The notes: a model not told the origin generated them from the letters alone. Positions 30,769 through 41,903 are shown, counted from the first letter of the stretch. The stretch is 64,000 nucleotides of DNA from Patescibacteria group bacterium (GCA_040388415.1 JAZKBV010000001.1:74369-138368); one strand, 5' to 3'. Translations and numbers: made by a program.

Positions 30769-30838
30769 GGGGCAGGAAGTGGTCTTCCTTCAACATTTTA
30801 CCAGTGTTGTAGTGGGGGTTCGATTCCCCTCTGCTCCA
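30769..30838 (+). ncRNA. Atypical tRNA-like RNA with Ala-type acceptor (G3-U70, A73)
   Basis: GGGGCAG/CTGCTCC acceptor, GAAG-TGGT-CTTC mini D-arm, CAACAT-TTTACCA-GTGTTG arm, canonical GGGGG-TTCGATT-CCCCT T-arm. Confidence 0.7.
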
Positions 30839-30889
30839 CACAAGTTGGAAAGATACTTGACTTTAATATGTAATAAATTACAATATTTA

Positions 30890-30965
30890 CTGTCGAGTTA
30901 TCTCGACTGGTGGAGCACACAACGTTCACTGGTAACACAAAAGCCCTGCAAGGGGCTTTTGTGTT
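30890..30965 (+). ncRNA. Putative small RNA partly antisense to the tRNA-like RNA
   Basis: TTGACT-16-TACAAT at 30857-30884, 5' hairpin GTCGAG/CTCGAC, two complementary blocks, terminator at 30934-30965. Confidence 0.5.
30934..30965. terminator. Bidirectional terminator (also ends gpmI)
   Basis: AACACAAAAGCCC..GGGCTTTTGTGTT. Confidence 0.8.
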
Positions 30966-31002
30966 TATAGATGTACGTCTCTTATTTTTTTGACTAAATT
31001 TA

Positions 31003-32538
31003 CTATTTCAGAAGTGAACCGCCCGTCATCTTTTCAGGTTTGCTGATACCCATGAGTGCCAAGATAGTCGGAGCGACGTCAGAGAGTCCGCCATCTTTCA
31101 ATGTGTAGTCGTGTGAAGTGAGGATACAAGGCACCGGACTGGTCGTATGTGAAGTATGTTTTGTGCCGGTGATAGGATCGATATTGATCTCAGCATTGCC
31201 GTGGTCGGCGATAATGATAGCTGAGCCGCCTTTTTCTGTGAGGGCAGTGATGACACGTTTGAGCTGTTCGTCAACTGTTTGGATAGCGGTGATGATAGCT
31301 GGTACGTTGGCGGTGTGGCCGACCATGTCAGGGTTAGCGAAGTTGATGAATATAAAAGGTGTGCCATTGCTAATCTCTATTATTGCTGCCGCAGCGATAG
31401 CTTCTGCACGCATCTCAGGCGCTTGATCATGGGTCTTGACGTCTTTACGGCTTGGCAACATGATGTCACGTTCGCCAGTATAAGGAGCTTCGCGTCCACC
31501 GTTCAAAAAGTATGTGGCATGAGCGAATTTTTCTGTCTCAGCGATGTGAGCTTGTTCATATCCAGCAGCTGCGATCTCCTGACCGAGAGTAGTCTCAACT
31601 TTGGTTGAAGGGAAGACGATTTCACAGGCAAAATCAGTCGAATAGACGGTGAGGGTGACGAACAAAATATTATCTATCTTTGCTCGAGAGATGAGTTTCT
31701 CTGAGAGCATGCGTGCGCGATCAGCACGGAAGTTAAAGAAGAATACGGCGTCATTCTTTTCGATAGCACAACCAGTGCCTTCTGGTGTGGCACAGACGGT
31801 TGGTTCGAGGAGCTCATCGTTCTTGCCGGCTTTGTACTGCTCGTCGAGGTATGCTGATGGTTTGATGTCACAGACATTGCCCGTGCATTCAAAGAGGGCT
31901 TTTTCGACGTGAGCGAGACGGTCCCAGTTGTGGTCACGGTCCATAGCGTAGTAACGGCCAGAGATGGTGGCAACAAAAAATCGTGGCTGTGCAAATGCTT
32001 TGCCTGTTACTTCATCAATGTTGAGCTCAGCAAGAACCGCTTCAAGTGTTCTCAAGTATTCTGATGCGCTTTGTGGGGGAGTGTCACGACCATCGGTAAA
32101 GACGTGGATAGCTACTTTCGGCACATTGTTCTTTTTGGCGATTTTGAGGAAAGCAAAAAGGTGTTCTTGATGACTGTGAACGCCACCAGGGGAGACAAGG
32201 CCTTGGACATGGAGGGTAGAATCATGCTTTTTGACGTGGGTAAAGAGGCTCTGGATAGAAGGGCTCTGTTCAAATGATCCATCACCGATAGCTTTGTCGA
32301 TGCGGACGAGGTCAGTGTCGATGATAGCGCCAGCGCCAATGGTGGTATGACCGACCTCGCTGTTGCCCATCTGGCCTTCAGGGAGACCGACGGCATCGCC
32401 CGAGGCCTTCAAAAGTGAGTGAGGATAGGTATTCCAGATAAGGTCAAAGAAAGGCTTCTTTGAAGCGAGAATAGCGTTATCTTTTGTCTCTTCGCGGTAG
32501 CCCCAACCGTCGAGGACAATGAGCATGGTTGTTTTCAT
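31003..32538 (-). CDS. gpmI: 2,3-bisphosphoglycerate-independent phosphoglycerate mutase
   Basis: LDGWG, VGLPEGQMGNSEVGH, GRYYAMDRD, AETEK, DMVGHT, ADHGNAE. Confidence 0.96.
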   Translation of the reverse strand: MKTTMLIVLDGWGYREETKDNAILASKKPFFDLIWNTYPHSLLKASGDAVGLPEGQMGNSEVGHTTIGAGAIIDTDLVRIDKAIGDGSFEQSPSIQSLFTHVKKHDSTLHVQGLVSPGGVHSHQEHLFAFLKIAKKNNVPKVAIHVFTDGRDTPPQSASEYLRTLEAVLAELNIDEVTGKAFAQPRFFVATISGRYYAMDRDHNWDRLAHVEKALFECTGNVCDIKPSAYLDEQYKAGKNDELLEPTVCATPEGTGCAIEKNDAVFFFNFRADRARMLSEKLISRAKIDNILFVTLTVYSTDFACEIVFPSTKVETTLGQEIAAAGYEQAHIAETEKFAHATYFLNGGREAPYTGERDIMLPSRKDVKTHDQAPEMRAEAIAAAAIIEISNGTPFIFINFANPDMVGHTANVPAIITAIQTVDEQLKRVITALTEKGGSAIIIADHGNAEINIDPITGTKHTSHTTSPVPCILTSHDYTLKDGGLSDVAPTILALMGISKPEKMTGGSLLK

Positions 32539-32558
32539 AGGGCGTTATTGTATCATAT

Positions 32559-32589
32559 GCACAAAATCCCCGTATAGGGGATTTTGTGC
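32559..32589. terminator. Strong hairpin just upstream of the gpmI promoter
   Basis: GCACAAAATCCCC-GTATA-GGGGATTTTGTGC. Confidence 0.7.
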
Positions 32590-32905
32590 CATAGGGTAGG
32601 CTACTCATTTCATTGATTAGGGTAAGAATTCCAAAAATGCAATGTGGTGTCCTAATTGCCAGCGTAGCCGGCATATTTTGTATGGACCCTAAAAATATGA
32701 GTTAAGGATCTTCCCGTATTTCGTGAGATGGTAACCTAGTTCTAATTTTGAACCTAAATTGACAAAAGTCAATAATCAGTACGTGAATAAACCTGTGGGC
32801 ATCCTGTGGAAAAGTGCCATTTTTCTGGGGATAGTGCAGTGCGCCACGCGAAGAGGAAATAGTAAACAACGGCCACTATTTCACTGTTCAAACTCACCAC
32901 TCAAA

Positions 32906-34279
<1,374 letters not shown>

Positions 34280-34324
34280 TCAAAAATTCCATAGAAGGGA
34301 AAAGTGTGGTACTTTAAATTCATC

Positions 34325-34699
34325 ATGATAAAAGAAAAAGCCCTCGAACTATTGAATACATACGGAAAAGCATGGGTGACTCAAAATCCAGATTTGATTG
34401 CGACTATTTTTACTGAAGATGCGACTTATAATGACCCGCATGAACCTGAGAATATTGGTCGCGAAGCCATTCGAGCATATTGGGTCAGTAAAGTTGTTGG
34501 TGAACAAAAGGATATTTCATTCAAGCTGTTGAATTACTGGGTGACTGAAAATGAAGTTATTGCTGAATGGTATGCTGAGTTTACTGATATAAAAAGAAAT
34601 TTGAAGATCCAAATGACCGAAGTGGCTATTTTTAAAGTAAAAGGAGATAAGTTTGGTGCACTGAGGGAATATTATAAGACAGTAAAGACTCCTTTGTAG
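34325..34699 (+). CDS. SnoaL/NTF2-like protein
   Basis: FTEDATYNDP..GREAIRAYW, LREY. Confidence 0.85.
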   Translation: MIKEKALELLNTYGKAWVTQNPDLIATIFTEDATYNDPHEPENIGREAIRAYWVSKVVGEQKDISFKLLNYWVTENEVIAEWYAEFTDIKRNLKIQMTEVAIFKVKGDKFGALREYYKTVKTPL

Positions 34700-34711
34700 T
34701 ATAAATAATGA

Positions 34712-34744
34712 AAACTGACACTTTACTTAAGTAAGTGTCAGTTT
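34712..34744. repeat. Near-perfect palindrome with one bulged base
   Basis: AAACTGACACTT(T)ACTTAAGTAAGTGTCAGTTT. Confidence 0.8.
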
Positions 34745-34781
34745 AGATCTGATGTCGAGCTAGGCATTGTTTGTCGGTACA

Positions 34782-34819
34782 GTTGCAAAAGTGACAAGAA
34801 AAGTTGTCACTTTTGCAAC
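34782..34819. repeat. Perfect 16-6-16 inverted repeat
   Basis: GTTGCAAAAGTGACAA-GAAAAG-TTGTCACTTTTGCAAC. Confidence 0.9.
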
Positions 34820-34872
34820 CTGAGTAAAAAACCACCCGATTGCTCAGGTGGCTGTTGAATTAAGAGACATTT

Positions 34873-35439
34873 TCATGTCGGGCTTGGGGCGGGGACAAGT
34901 CCGCCGGGCTTCGGTAGAGCTTCTTTCAGCTTGTTGCCAATGGAGCGGAGCATCTCGCCGATTTTTCCTTTCCGCGGAGGAAGGGGAGTGCAGGCGATGA
35001 AATATAGGTAAGCAGTAAAGCTCCATACATGCATTGATGTTAGTGGTACACTACGGATAGTTTTCACCGGTGCATCGAGAAACAGTAATAGCAACAGCAA
35101 CAATAGCATATTAAGCGATATAATAAGATAAAATAGTCTTATAAACTTAAATACTAGAATGCTTCGCATAAAATTCAATGCTAGTGACTCCTTGCCGTTA
35201 TTTTCACGTTCATACTGTCTTTTTAGAGCACGAGTGGCGGTCACGCCGAGAAATCCTATTACGACTGAGGTAAAATAGGAACGCGTGCTACCTGTAAGTG
35301 CACCTAAACAGCAAATTGATAATGCTGCTATAAGGATGACGTGTAATCCTAAATAGAAGTTATCCTTGCCAGTCATGCGCTGAAACCAATGGGCGAACGG
35401 CTGAAAGATGTAGTCAAAGAGCACATCGTCAATTTTCAT
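34873..35439 (-). CDS. Orphan four-TM membrane protein
   Basis: Hydrophobic segments; AAAGGA SD; TTGACA-17-TACTCT upstream. Confidence 0.6.
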   Translation of the reverse strand: MKIDDVLFDYIFQPFAHWFQRMTGKDNFYLGLHVILIAALSICCLGALTGSTRSYFTSVVIGFLGVTATRALKRQYERENNGKESLALNFMRSILVFKFIRLFYLIISLNMLLLLLLLLFLDAPVKTIRSVPLTSMHVWSFTAYLYFIACTPLPPRKGKIGEMLRSIGNKLKEALPKPGGLVPAPSPT

Positions 35440-35527
35440 ATCGATCCTTTTGTTGGGTTAAATTGTTCTCAAAAAGAGTACGCTTAATTACTCATCTTGT
35501 CAATTTCTGGAATAGTCATGCAAAAGA

Positions 35528-35559
35528 AAAGCCCCGACCAGAATTCCAGTCGGGGCTTT
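35528..35559 (-). terminator. Terminator of the 35575..35973 orphan gene
   Basis: AAAGCCCCGAC..GTCGGGGCTTT. Confidence 0.8.
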
Positions 35560-35574
35560 GGTGAAATGAATGCT

Positions 35575-35973
35575 TTAATCCCACACGTTGCATTTGAGCG
35601 TTCCATTGGGGTCACGTTGAACTGCACGTTTGGCCTTGCAGCCGCATTTGCAGTTGATCCGTTGCTCGTTGAGCCCGTTGAACCACGCGTGTTCAGTCAT
35701 TGGGGTCAGCTGGCCACAGTTGGGACATTTGACTGTGGTAACTGGTTTTGCGTGCTGCTGTTTTTTGATGTTGGTGTAGCCAAACCAGATTAAGGTGCCA
35801 ATCAATCCGAGGTATGCAATGGCACTCAGGGGGTGTGATTGAAAGGGTGAATATTCACCATTTAAGATTTGTAAACTTGCAAAACTTATAAGCATGCCCG
35901 CAAGAATGAAAGGCACGGTAACCGACAAGGAGTAGCCGATTGTATTTGCAACAGGATGTTTGTTTGTATTCAT
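35575..35973 (-). CDS. Two-TM protein with C-terminal zinc ribbon
   Basis: Two TMs then CPNC..CKCGC; TTGACA promoter upstream; exact start uncertain. Confidence 0.6.
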   Translation of the reverse strand: MNTNKHPVANTIGYSLSVTVPFILAGMLISFASLQILNGEYSPFQSHPLSAIAYLGLIGTLIWFGYTNIKKQQHAKPVTTVKCPNCGQLTPMTEHAWFNGLNEQRINCKCGCKAKRAVQRDPNGTLKCNVWD

Positions 35974-36066
35974 AACGGTATTCAACTTTTTGGTTCAAGA
36001 TGTTTAATTAAATGATAACATATTTGCCCATTTTGTCAATGTCTGCTAGACTGTGAAATAACAACT

Positions 36067-36903
36067 ATGGATAAGAAATTCCCTCAAAAATTCAACAAAG
36101 CTCAAGGCATACCTATGGCGCCAGCAAAGCCTGATGCAGACACGTCATGGGGTAATGTTGCTGAGTGGTACGACGGCATGCTCGAGCAGTCTGCTGACTC
36201 ATATCAAAAGAAAGTCTTGATGCCAAATCTCGTGCGTATCATCGCTCCGAAGAAAGGCGCCACCATCCTCGAAAGTGCCTGCGGTCAGGGATATTTTGCG
36301 CGCGCTTTTGCGAGTCATGGAGCCACTGTTACTGGTGCCGATATCTCAAATGAGCTGGTAGAGCTTGCTCGAAAACATAAAGATAATAAAAAAGACGTTA
36401 TCTATCATACAGCACCTGCAGATCAACTTACATTTGCTAAAGATGCCTCATACGACGTCGTTGTTATCGTTCTTGCGCTCCAAAATATAGAGAACCTCGC
36501 AGCCACATTCTCTGAATGTTCACGCGTACTCAAAACTGGTGGGCGCATCGTCTTTGTCTTGAATCATCCTGCATTCCGTATCCCCGGACGTTCATCGTGG
36601 CAGTGGGATGAAAAAACAAATGCCCAGTATCGCCGTCTCGATGGCTATATGTCAGATACGAAAAATAAGATTGATATGACTCCGGGTACAGAGAAGGGCT
36701 TCATGAAGAAGTTCACCTATTCATTCCATAGACCTCTCCAGACATATGTAAAAACGCTCAGCAAAGCAGGTTTTGCCGTCACTCGTCTCGAAGAATGGAT
36801 CTCACATAAGGAGAGTCAACCGGGCCTCCGTGCTGATGAAGAAAATAGAATGAGAAAGGAGATGCCGATGTTTGCGTGTTTTGAGGCGGTGAAGTTGAAT
36901 TAA
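36067..36903 (+). CDS. Class I SAM-dependent methyltransferase
   Basis: ILESACGQG, GADIS, RVLKTGG, FHRPL. Confidence 0.9.
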   Translation: MDKKFPQKFNKAQGIPMAPAKPDADTSWGNVAEWYDGMLEQSADSYQKKVLMPNLVRIIAPKKGATILESACGQGYFARAFASHGATVTGADISNELVELARKHKDNKKDVIYHTAPADQLTFAKDASYDVVVIVLALQNIENLAATFSECSRVLKTGGRIVFVLNHPAFRIPGRSSWQWDEKTNAQYRRLDGYMSDTKNKIDMTPGTEKGFMKKFTYSFHRPLQTYVKTLSKAGFAVTRLEEWISHKESQPGLRADEENRMRKEMPMFACFEAVKLN

Positions 36904-37277
36904 ATTATGTAGTGTCCAAAAATCAATATACCGACGATAAAAGCCGTTATTGCTGAGATAAGCACAGCGCCAGCGGCCACGTCCTTTGTATCCTTTGCGT
37001 ACGGATGATATTCAGGCGACGTGAGGTCTATGTCAATTTCAATTGCAGTATTAAAAGCTTCAGATACAAATACAAAACCGCTCGCAAAGACAAGCATTAT
37101 CCATTCAGTATTTGTTATTTGATAATAGAAACCTAAGACAAGAGCAATAATAAATAGTATCGCGTGAATCCATGCGTTATGGGTAGTTTGAAAAAATAAT
37201 TTTATGCCTCTGCCTGCATGTATGAAACTACGGGCTCTTTTAATTACTGAGAAGTTACTGTTTTTGTTATTTTCCAT
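36900..37277 (-). CDS. dgkA: Diacylglycerol/undecaprenol kinase
   Basis: SF.HA.RG, EAFNTAIE..D, KDVAAGAVL. Confidence 0.9.
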   Translation of the reverse strand: MENNKNSNFSVIKRARSFIHAGRGIKLFFQTTHNAWIHAILFIIALVLGFYYQITNTEWIMLVFASGFVFVSEAFNTAIEIDIDLTSPEYHPYAKDTKDVAAGAVLISAITAFIVGILIFGHYII

Positions 37278-37304
37278 ATTTTTGTTTACAGTTTATTGAT
37301 TACT

Positions 37305-38489
37305 TTAATTCGTATCTTTGATAGTCGCAATCGGAATCAATGCCAAAAGACAAATAATACCAACAACTATAAACATATACGACTGATCGGCCACATATGA
37401 AAGACTGATGATACCGATTAACGGTCCGGTAAAATATGATAATGGGCGAGTGATACGGAATATACCGAGCGCTGCGGCATCGCGTGGTGAAACGGTCTTG
37501 AAGAAATAAATCTCCATCATGATCTCTGCCATAGCAGCACCAACACGCGTCATGAGGAGGGCGATAGCCCAGAAAGCGATATTGTTCGTATGCAAGAATG
37601 AAAGTCCGATGGTTGATAGTCCCATGATGATGAAACCGGCAATCATGATTTCTTTTTCGCCGTATTTTTTGTCAGCAAGTTTGCCGAGCGGGAATTGGAT
37701 CACTACAAAAGGTATAAGCATGACGACGAGGATGATACCGATCTCGTCCCAGCTGAAGCCGATGACTTTATTTAAATAAATCGGACTATAGACGACCATC
37801 CACGCATAGAATGTCTGTAATATGAGGTTCGCGGCAAAGAGCTTGTCCCAGTTTTTGTTTTTTGATACATGCTTGATCAACTGCCACGGCGAGTAGTGCT
37901 GATAGTTCGGATCTTTGAAGCGAGGGAAATTTCTATAGACCAAATAAAAGAGCGGGATGAGCATGAATAAGCCGGCTACATACGTATTGTGGTAGTTGTT
38001 TGTACCATTGACGAGCATGCTACCAATGAGAGGAGCAATGACCCATGAAGCATTGAGTGCAGTGTTGTAGAGGCCACGCGTCGAACCCACATTCGTCGCA
38101 TCAGTATAGACTTCAAGGAAAATATCGAGATTAAGTCCGATCAGCGAGATGACTGCCGTTTGGAGGACGAAAAAGAGGGTGATCAAAAAAGGAGAAGTCG
38201 AGCTCAAGAGTCCATAGAACAGACATATCTGCGTCAAGATGAGCCACAGCGTGACCGAGTAGTTGCCGAGTCTGCGTATGATAGAGGGGATGATGAGAAA
38301 GCCGAAGATACTGATCGCGGCACCCATCATATATATGTATCCGACAGTTTGCTCATCAGCGAAGAGGCTCAAGAAGCTCGAGTTCGAGTACATCGGTATG
38401 ACTGTATGGAGCACATATATGAAACCGATGATGGCGATAGTGTAGACGGCATGACTGCGCGGGATGGGACGAGAATTTATAAGGTTCAT
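37305..38489 (-). CDS. MFS transporter
   Basis: About 12 TMs; GKLADKKYGEK motif. Confidence 0.85.
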   Translation of the reverse strand: MNLINSRPIPRSHAVYTIAIIGFIYVLHTVIPMYSNSSFLSLFADEQTVGYIYMMGAAISIFGFLIIPSIIRRLGNYSVTLWLILTQICLFYGLLSSTSPFLITLFFVLQTAVISLIGLNLDIFLEVYTDATNVGSTRGLYNTALNASWVIAPLIGSMLVNGTNNYHNTYVAGLFMLIPLFYLVYRNFPRFKDPNYQHYSPWQLIKHVSKNKNWDKLFAANLILQTFYAWMVVYSPIYLNKVIGFSWDEIGIILVVMLIPFVVIQFPLGKLADKKYGEKEIMIAGFIIMGLSTIGLSFLHTNNIAFWAIALLMTRVGAAMAEIMMEIYFFKTVSPRDAAALGIFRITRPLSYFTGPLIGIISLSYVADQSYMFIVVGIICLLALIPIATIKDTN

Positions 38490-38552
38490 GACACAAGTTT
38501 AACTCGAAAAAGTAAACTAGGCTACGGTGGATATTACAGGTATACTTCTCTC

Positions 38553-40397
38553 ATGAGCGCAATGAACAGAAATACCGTTGAAGAAATAAAAGCTCGGATC
38601 CCTATCGAGGATTTGATCGGTTCGTATATCAAAGTAGAAAAATCGGGCAAGTCCTACAAAGCTCGCTGTCCTTTTCATAATGAAAAATCTCCCTCGTTCT
38701 TTATTTCGCCAGATCGTGGCGGATACTATTGTTTTGGTTGTAATGCAAAAGGAGATATTTTTTCTTTTGTTGAACAGTTCGAAGGATTGGATTTTCGCGG
38801 TGCTCTCAAAATCCTCGCTGACCGCGCAGGGGTGAAGCTGGTTCATGATGAAAAAGCTGATGGTGAGCGTGACCGTCTATACAAAGTGATGGAATTGGCT
38901 ACGGCTTATTTTGAAGAGCAGTTAGCACGATCTACTGAAGCACGCGAATATGTGAAGGGTCGTGGTATCACTGAAGAAACACAAAAATCTTTTAGAATCG
39001 GTCTTGCACCAGATGGCTGGAGAAACCTGATGACATATCTTAAGGGCAAAGGGTTTAATGAGGCAGCGATGGAAAAAGTTGGCCTCATAAAACAAAAAGA
39101 GGGCACATCTGACTTCTACGATCGCTTCCGTGGACGTATCATGTTTCCGATATCTGACTCGAGCGGTCGCGTTATAGCTTTTTCAGGGCGTATCTTGAAG
39201 GATGAAAAAAATGCAGACGGCAGTTCGCCGGCAAAATATTTGAATAGCCCGGATACGCCTCTTTTTGATAAGTCGCTCGTCCTGTATGGTCTCGATAAGG
39301 CAAAAACAGAAATCCGTCGTTTGAATTACACTATTTTCGTCGAAGGGCAGATGGACCTCGTCATGTCACATCAGGCTGGTATAAAAAATACCGTGGCTTC
39401 ATCAGGTACGGCGCTCTCGGAAGAGACGATGAATGCAGTTGGCATCATTTCAAATCTCGGTTTGGTCCGTAGGCTTTCGCCAAATGTCATCATTGCGTTT
39501 GATAGTGACAATGCTGGTCGCAAGGCAGCTTTGCGTGCGGCTGGTATAGCGCTTTCACTGGCTATGGATGTAAAGATTGCTGATATTGTTGGGGGCAAAG
39601 ATCCAGCTGATCTCGTAAAGGAAGATGTAGAAAAATGGAAGCAGACATTGCGTGACGCCAAGCCAGTTATCGAATTTGAATTGGGGAATGTTGTGCGTGA
39701 GCATGCTGAGTCAAAGAGTACGGATGCGCGTAAGTTGACCAAAATGGTCACTGACCGCGTCTTGCCACTCGTGGCGCGCATTGAAAGCTCAAGCGACCAG
39801 AGCCATTTCGTTGCCATGATCGCTGATCAGGCAAAGATCCCAGTGGATTCGGTCTGGCAGGACGTGCGTGTGGTGGCAAAGAGACTCAAAGAAGCTGAAG
39901 CAGCTGCAAATCCAACTACGAACCAATTTAGCTCTACTCAAGCAAGTGGTAGAAACACAATCACCAAAGCGCGCACAACAAGCGAGATGCCGAGACGTGT
40001 GGATCTCATCGAAAGGCGTTTGTTTGGTTTGTTGTTCTTGATGGAGAAGGAAAAGCTCAATGACCAAGTAACAATAGCCAATAACCAAGTGAAGAAAATG
40101 GCTGGCGAAAGTTATGAAGCTCGTGTAGCATTTGCCAATCAAAATAAGAATGATTTGATGTTTGAAGCCGAGTCTTTCTTTGGTACTGATGCAGGTAAAG
40201 ACGGAGAGAATTGGGTGAAGCCAATGAAAGAATTGTTGAAGAATTTTGAAGAGGATATCATTAGCGACGAGATCGTCACTGCTATGCATGAGCTCAAGAT
40301 TGCTGAAAAGGCGGGTGATAATGAAAAGGTCATGGAATTGGCAAAGAAGTGCCAGGCTCTGTCTATCAGGAAGGCGCTGATTGGGAAGGGGGTTTAA
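38553..40397 (+). CDS. dnaG: DNA primase
   Basis: CPFHNEKSPSF..CFGC zinc finger, DRFRGRIMFPI, KYLNSP, VEG.MD, FDSD.AG; start placed after TATACT. Confidence 0.96.
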   Translation: MSAMNRNTVEEIKARIPIEDLIGSYIKVEKSGKSYKARCPFHNEKSPSFFISPDRGGYYCFGCNAKGDIFSFVEQFEGLDFRGALKILADRAGVKLVHDEKADGERDRLYKVMELATAYFEEQLARSTEAREYVKGRGITEETQKSFRIGLAPDGWRNLMTYLKGKGFNEAAMEKVGLIKQKEGTSDFYDRFRGRIMFPISDSSGRVIAFSGRILKDEKNADGSSPAKYLNSPDTPLFDKSLVLYGLDKAKTEIRRLNYTIFVEGQMDLVMSHQAGIKNTVASSGTALSEETMNAVGIISNLGLVRRLSPNVIIAFDSDNAGRKAALRAAGIALSLAMDVKIADIVGGKDPADLVKEDVEKWKQTLRDAKPVIEFELGNVVREHAESKSTDARKLTKMVTDRVLPLVARIESSSDQSHFVAMIADQAKIPVDSVWQDVRVVAKRLKEAEAAANPTTNQFSSTQASGRNTITKARTTSEMPRRVDLIERRLFGLLFLMEKEKLNDQVTIANNQVKKMAGESYEARVAFANQNKNDLMFEAESFFGTDAGKDGENWVKPMKELLKNFEEDIISDEIVTAMHELKIAEKAGDNEKVMELAKKCQALSIRKALIGKGV

Positions 40398-40413
40398 ATG
40401 TTATAATAAAATC

Positions 40414-40935
40414 ATGAAAAATTCAGGCGAAGGTGCTCCAGAAAATAATCTCGAACAATTAGGTATAGTATTTGAAAAGGCGTCCATTGCTGACCTCGAG
40501 GCTATTCAACGGCTAAATCAGGAATTGTGTGCAAAAGAGCATAACGAGTTTGACTCAACAATAAATCCAGACTACGCCTTATCTGAGCCTGGTGTAGAAT
40601 ATTTCAAATCTAGAATCGAATCATCTGACGGATGTGCACTTATTGCCAAAGAGGGAGATGAATATGTCGGTTATTTAATCGGGGGTATGGCTGCACCTGA
40701 AGATTATCGAACGATTAAATCAGCTGCAGAACTAGAAAATATGTATGTTAAAGATTCGATGAGAGGTAAGGGTATTGGCGGTAAATTGGTACAACAATTT
40801 GAAGATTGGTGCAAAGAAAAAGGCGTCGAGGTCATCCGTGTTGTGGCTTCCGCCGAAAATGCTGCTGCTATTAAATTTTATGAGGCTCATGGCGCTAAGC
40901 CGGTTAGCCTTACTTTAGAGAAAAAGATTGATTAG
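40414..40935 (+). CDS. GNAT acetyltransferase
   Basis: MYV...RGKGIG, N..AIKFYE.HG. Confidence 0.88.
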   Translation: MKNSGEGAPENNLEQLGIVFEKASIADLEAIQRLNQELCAKEHNEFDSTINPDYALSEPGVEYFKSRIESSDGCALIAKEGDEYVGYLIGGMAAPEDYRTIKSAAELENMYVKDSMRGKGIGGKLVQQFEDWCKEKGVEVIRVVASAENAAAIKFYEAHGAKPVSLTLEKKID

Positions 40936-40975
40936 GTAGAAGTCTGTCTGACTTTTCTTGTGCTAATATTAAAGT

Positions 40976-41854
40976 ATGAAGAATCTGGAGAGTATTTCAA
41001 GTGCCGAAGTTGACCAAAAGGAAAAATATAATTTTCCTGAAATAGAATCTTTCAGAGAAGGTTTATTTGAGATATGTGAAAAGATGAAGGCGGGTATCGA
41101 GTCAAATAAATGGACAAAATTATTGAGTGATGAAACTGGAGGCAGAATCCCAACTCTAGTTATTTGGAATTTGATTAAACATTTTCATCCTGACAACACC
41201 CCTCAACCTTTTTTCTTGTCGAGTGGTTTAACTTATAAACCAAAAACTGTTGGTGAAGTGCACGAAATGCTTGATTTTATGGCGAAGATTGTAGACTCGG
41301 AAGATACGTGTTTGCTCGTGACCCAATTTATTCGTACAGGGAAGACTATAAAAAGCATGATTAGTGATTTGGAGATGGTGGGTGTTAAAGAAGAAAATAT
41401 TGATGTGGCGAGCGTAGTTTCTGATTATGATGAAGAAACCCTCGATAACAGGATCGGAGTGCCAAAAGATCAGTTATATGTTGGAACAGGAAAGGGGGCG
41501 TTTGATGCGGATGTTGAAGCTTTTTATCCTCGCTTTACTGGCGTTATTCAAGATGGTGTGGATTATGATCCTGTGCCTGTTAGGCTTACTGATAATGTAA
41601 AACAGACTGGAAAGAGAGGTAAATTGATAAGTCATGAGGAATGGAAAAATATTTTTGATATTGCAGATGAATCATTTTATGAGATGAAAGATAAAGTTTC
41701 TGAAAAAGAAAGAATTACTGAATATAATAAGAGAAATGATAAGCCTTTATCCGCAGAAGAAATTAGAGAGTTACAAGATAATGTAAATAAAGCGCGCGAA
41801 GATGTCAGTATTTTGGTAAAAGAGATTATCCAAAAGGTGTGGGGTGAGGTGTAG
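40976..41854 (+). CDS. Hypothetical protein, possibly PRTase-like fold
   Basis: AT-rich ORF; CLLVTQFIRTGKT weakly resembles the PRPP-binding loop. Confidence 0.5.
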   Translation: MKNLESISSAEVDQKEKYNFPEIESFREGLFEICEKMKAGIESNKWTKLLSDETGGRIPTLVIWNLIKHFHPDNTPQPFFLSSGLTYKPKTVGEVHEMLDFMAKIVDSEDTCLLVTQFIRTGKTIKSMISDLEMVGVKEENIDVASVVSDYDEETLDNRIGVPKDQLYVGTGKGAFDADVEAFYPRFTGVIQDGVDYDPVPVRLTDNVKQTGKRGKLISHEEWKNIFDIADESFYEMKDKVSEKERITEYNKRNDKPLSAEEIRELQDNVNKAREDVSILVKEIIQKVWGEV

Positions 41855-41903
41855 TAATGTCCGACTTGCCCCTTTTTATTAGTTATGTTACCTTATACGA
41901 ACT

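Noticed and set aside
30769-30965. tmRNA, SRP RNA or an ordinary tRNA-Val/Ala
   Set aside because: There is no tag reading frame or pseudoknot region between the acceptor halves, and no SRP domain IV motif. The D-arm and anticodon loop are too atypical for a standard tRNA call.
38160-38552. N-terminal extension of DnaG in the ORF track
   Set aside because: It overlaps the MFS gene on the opposite strand; a -10 box precedes ATG 38553.
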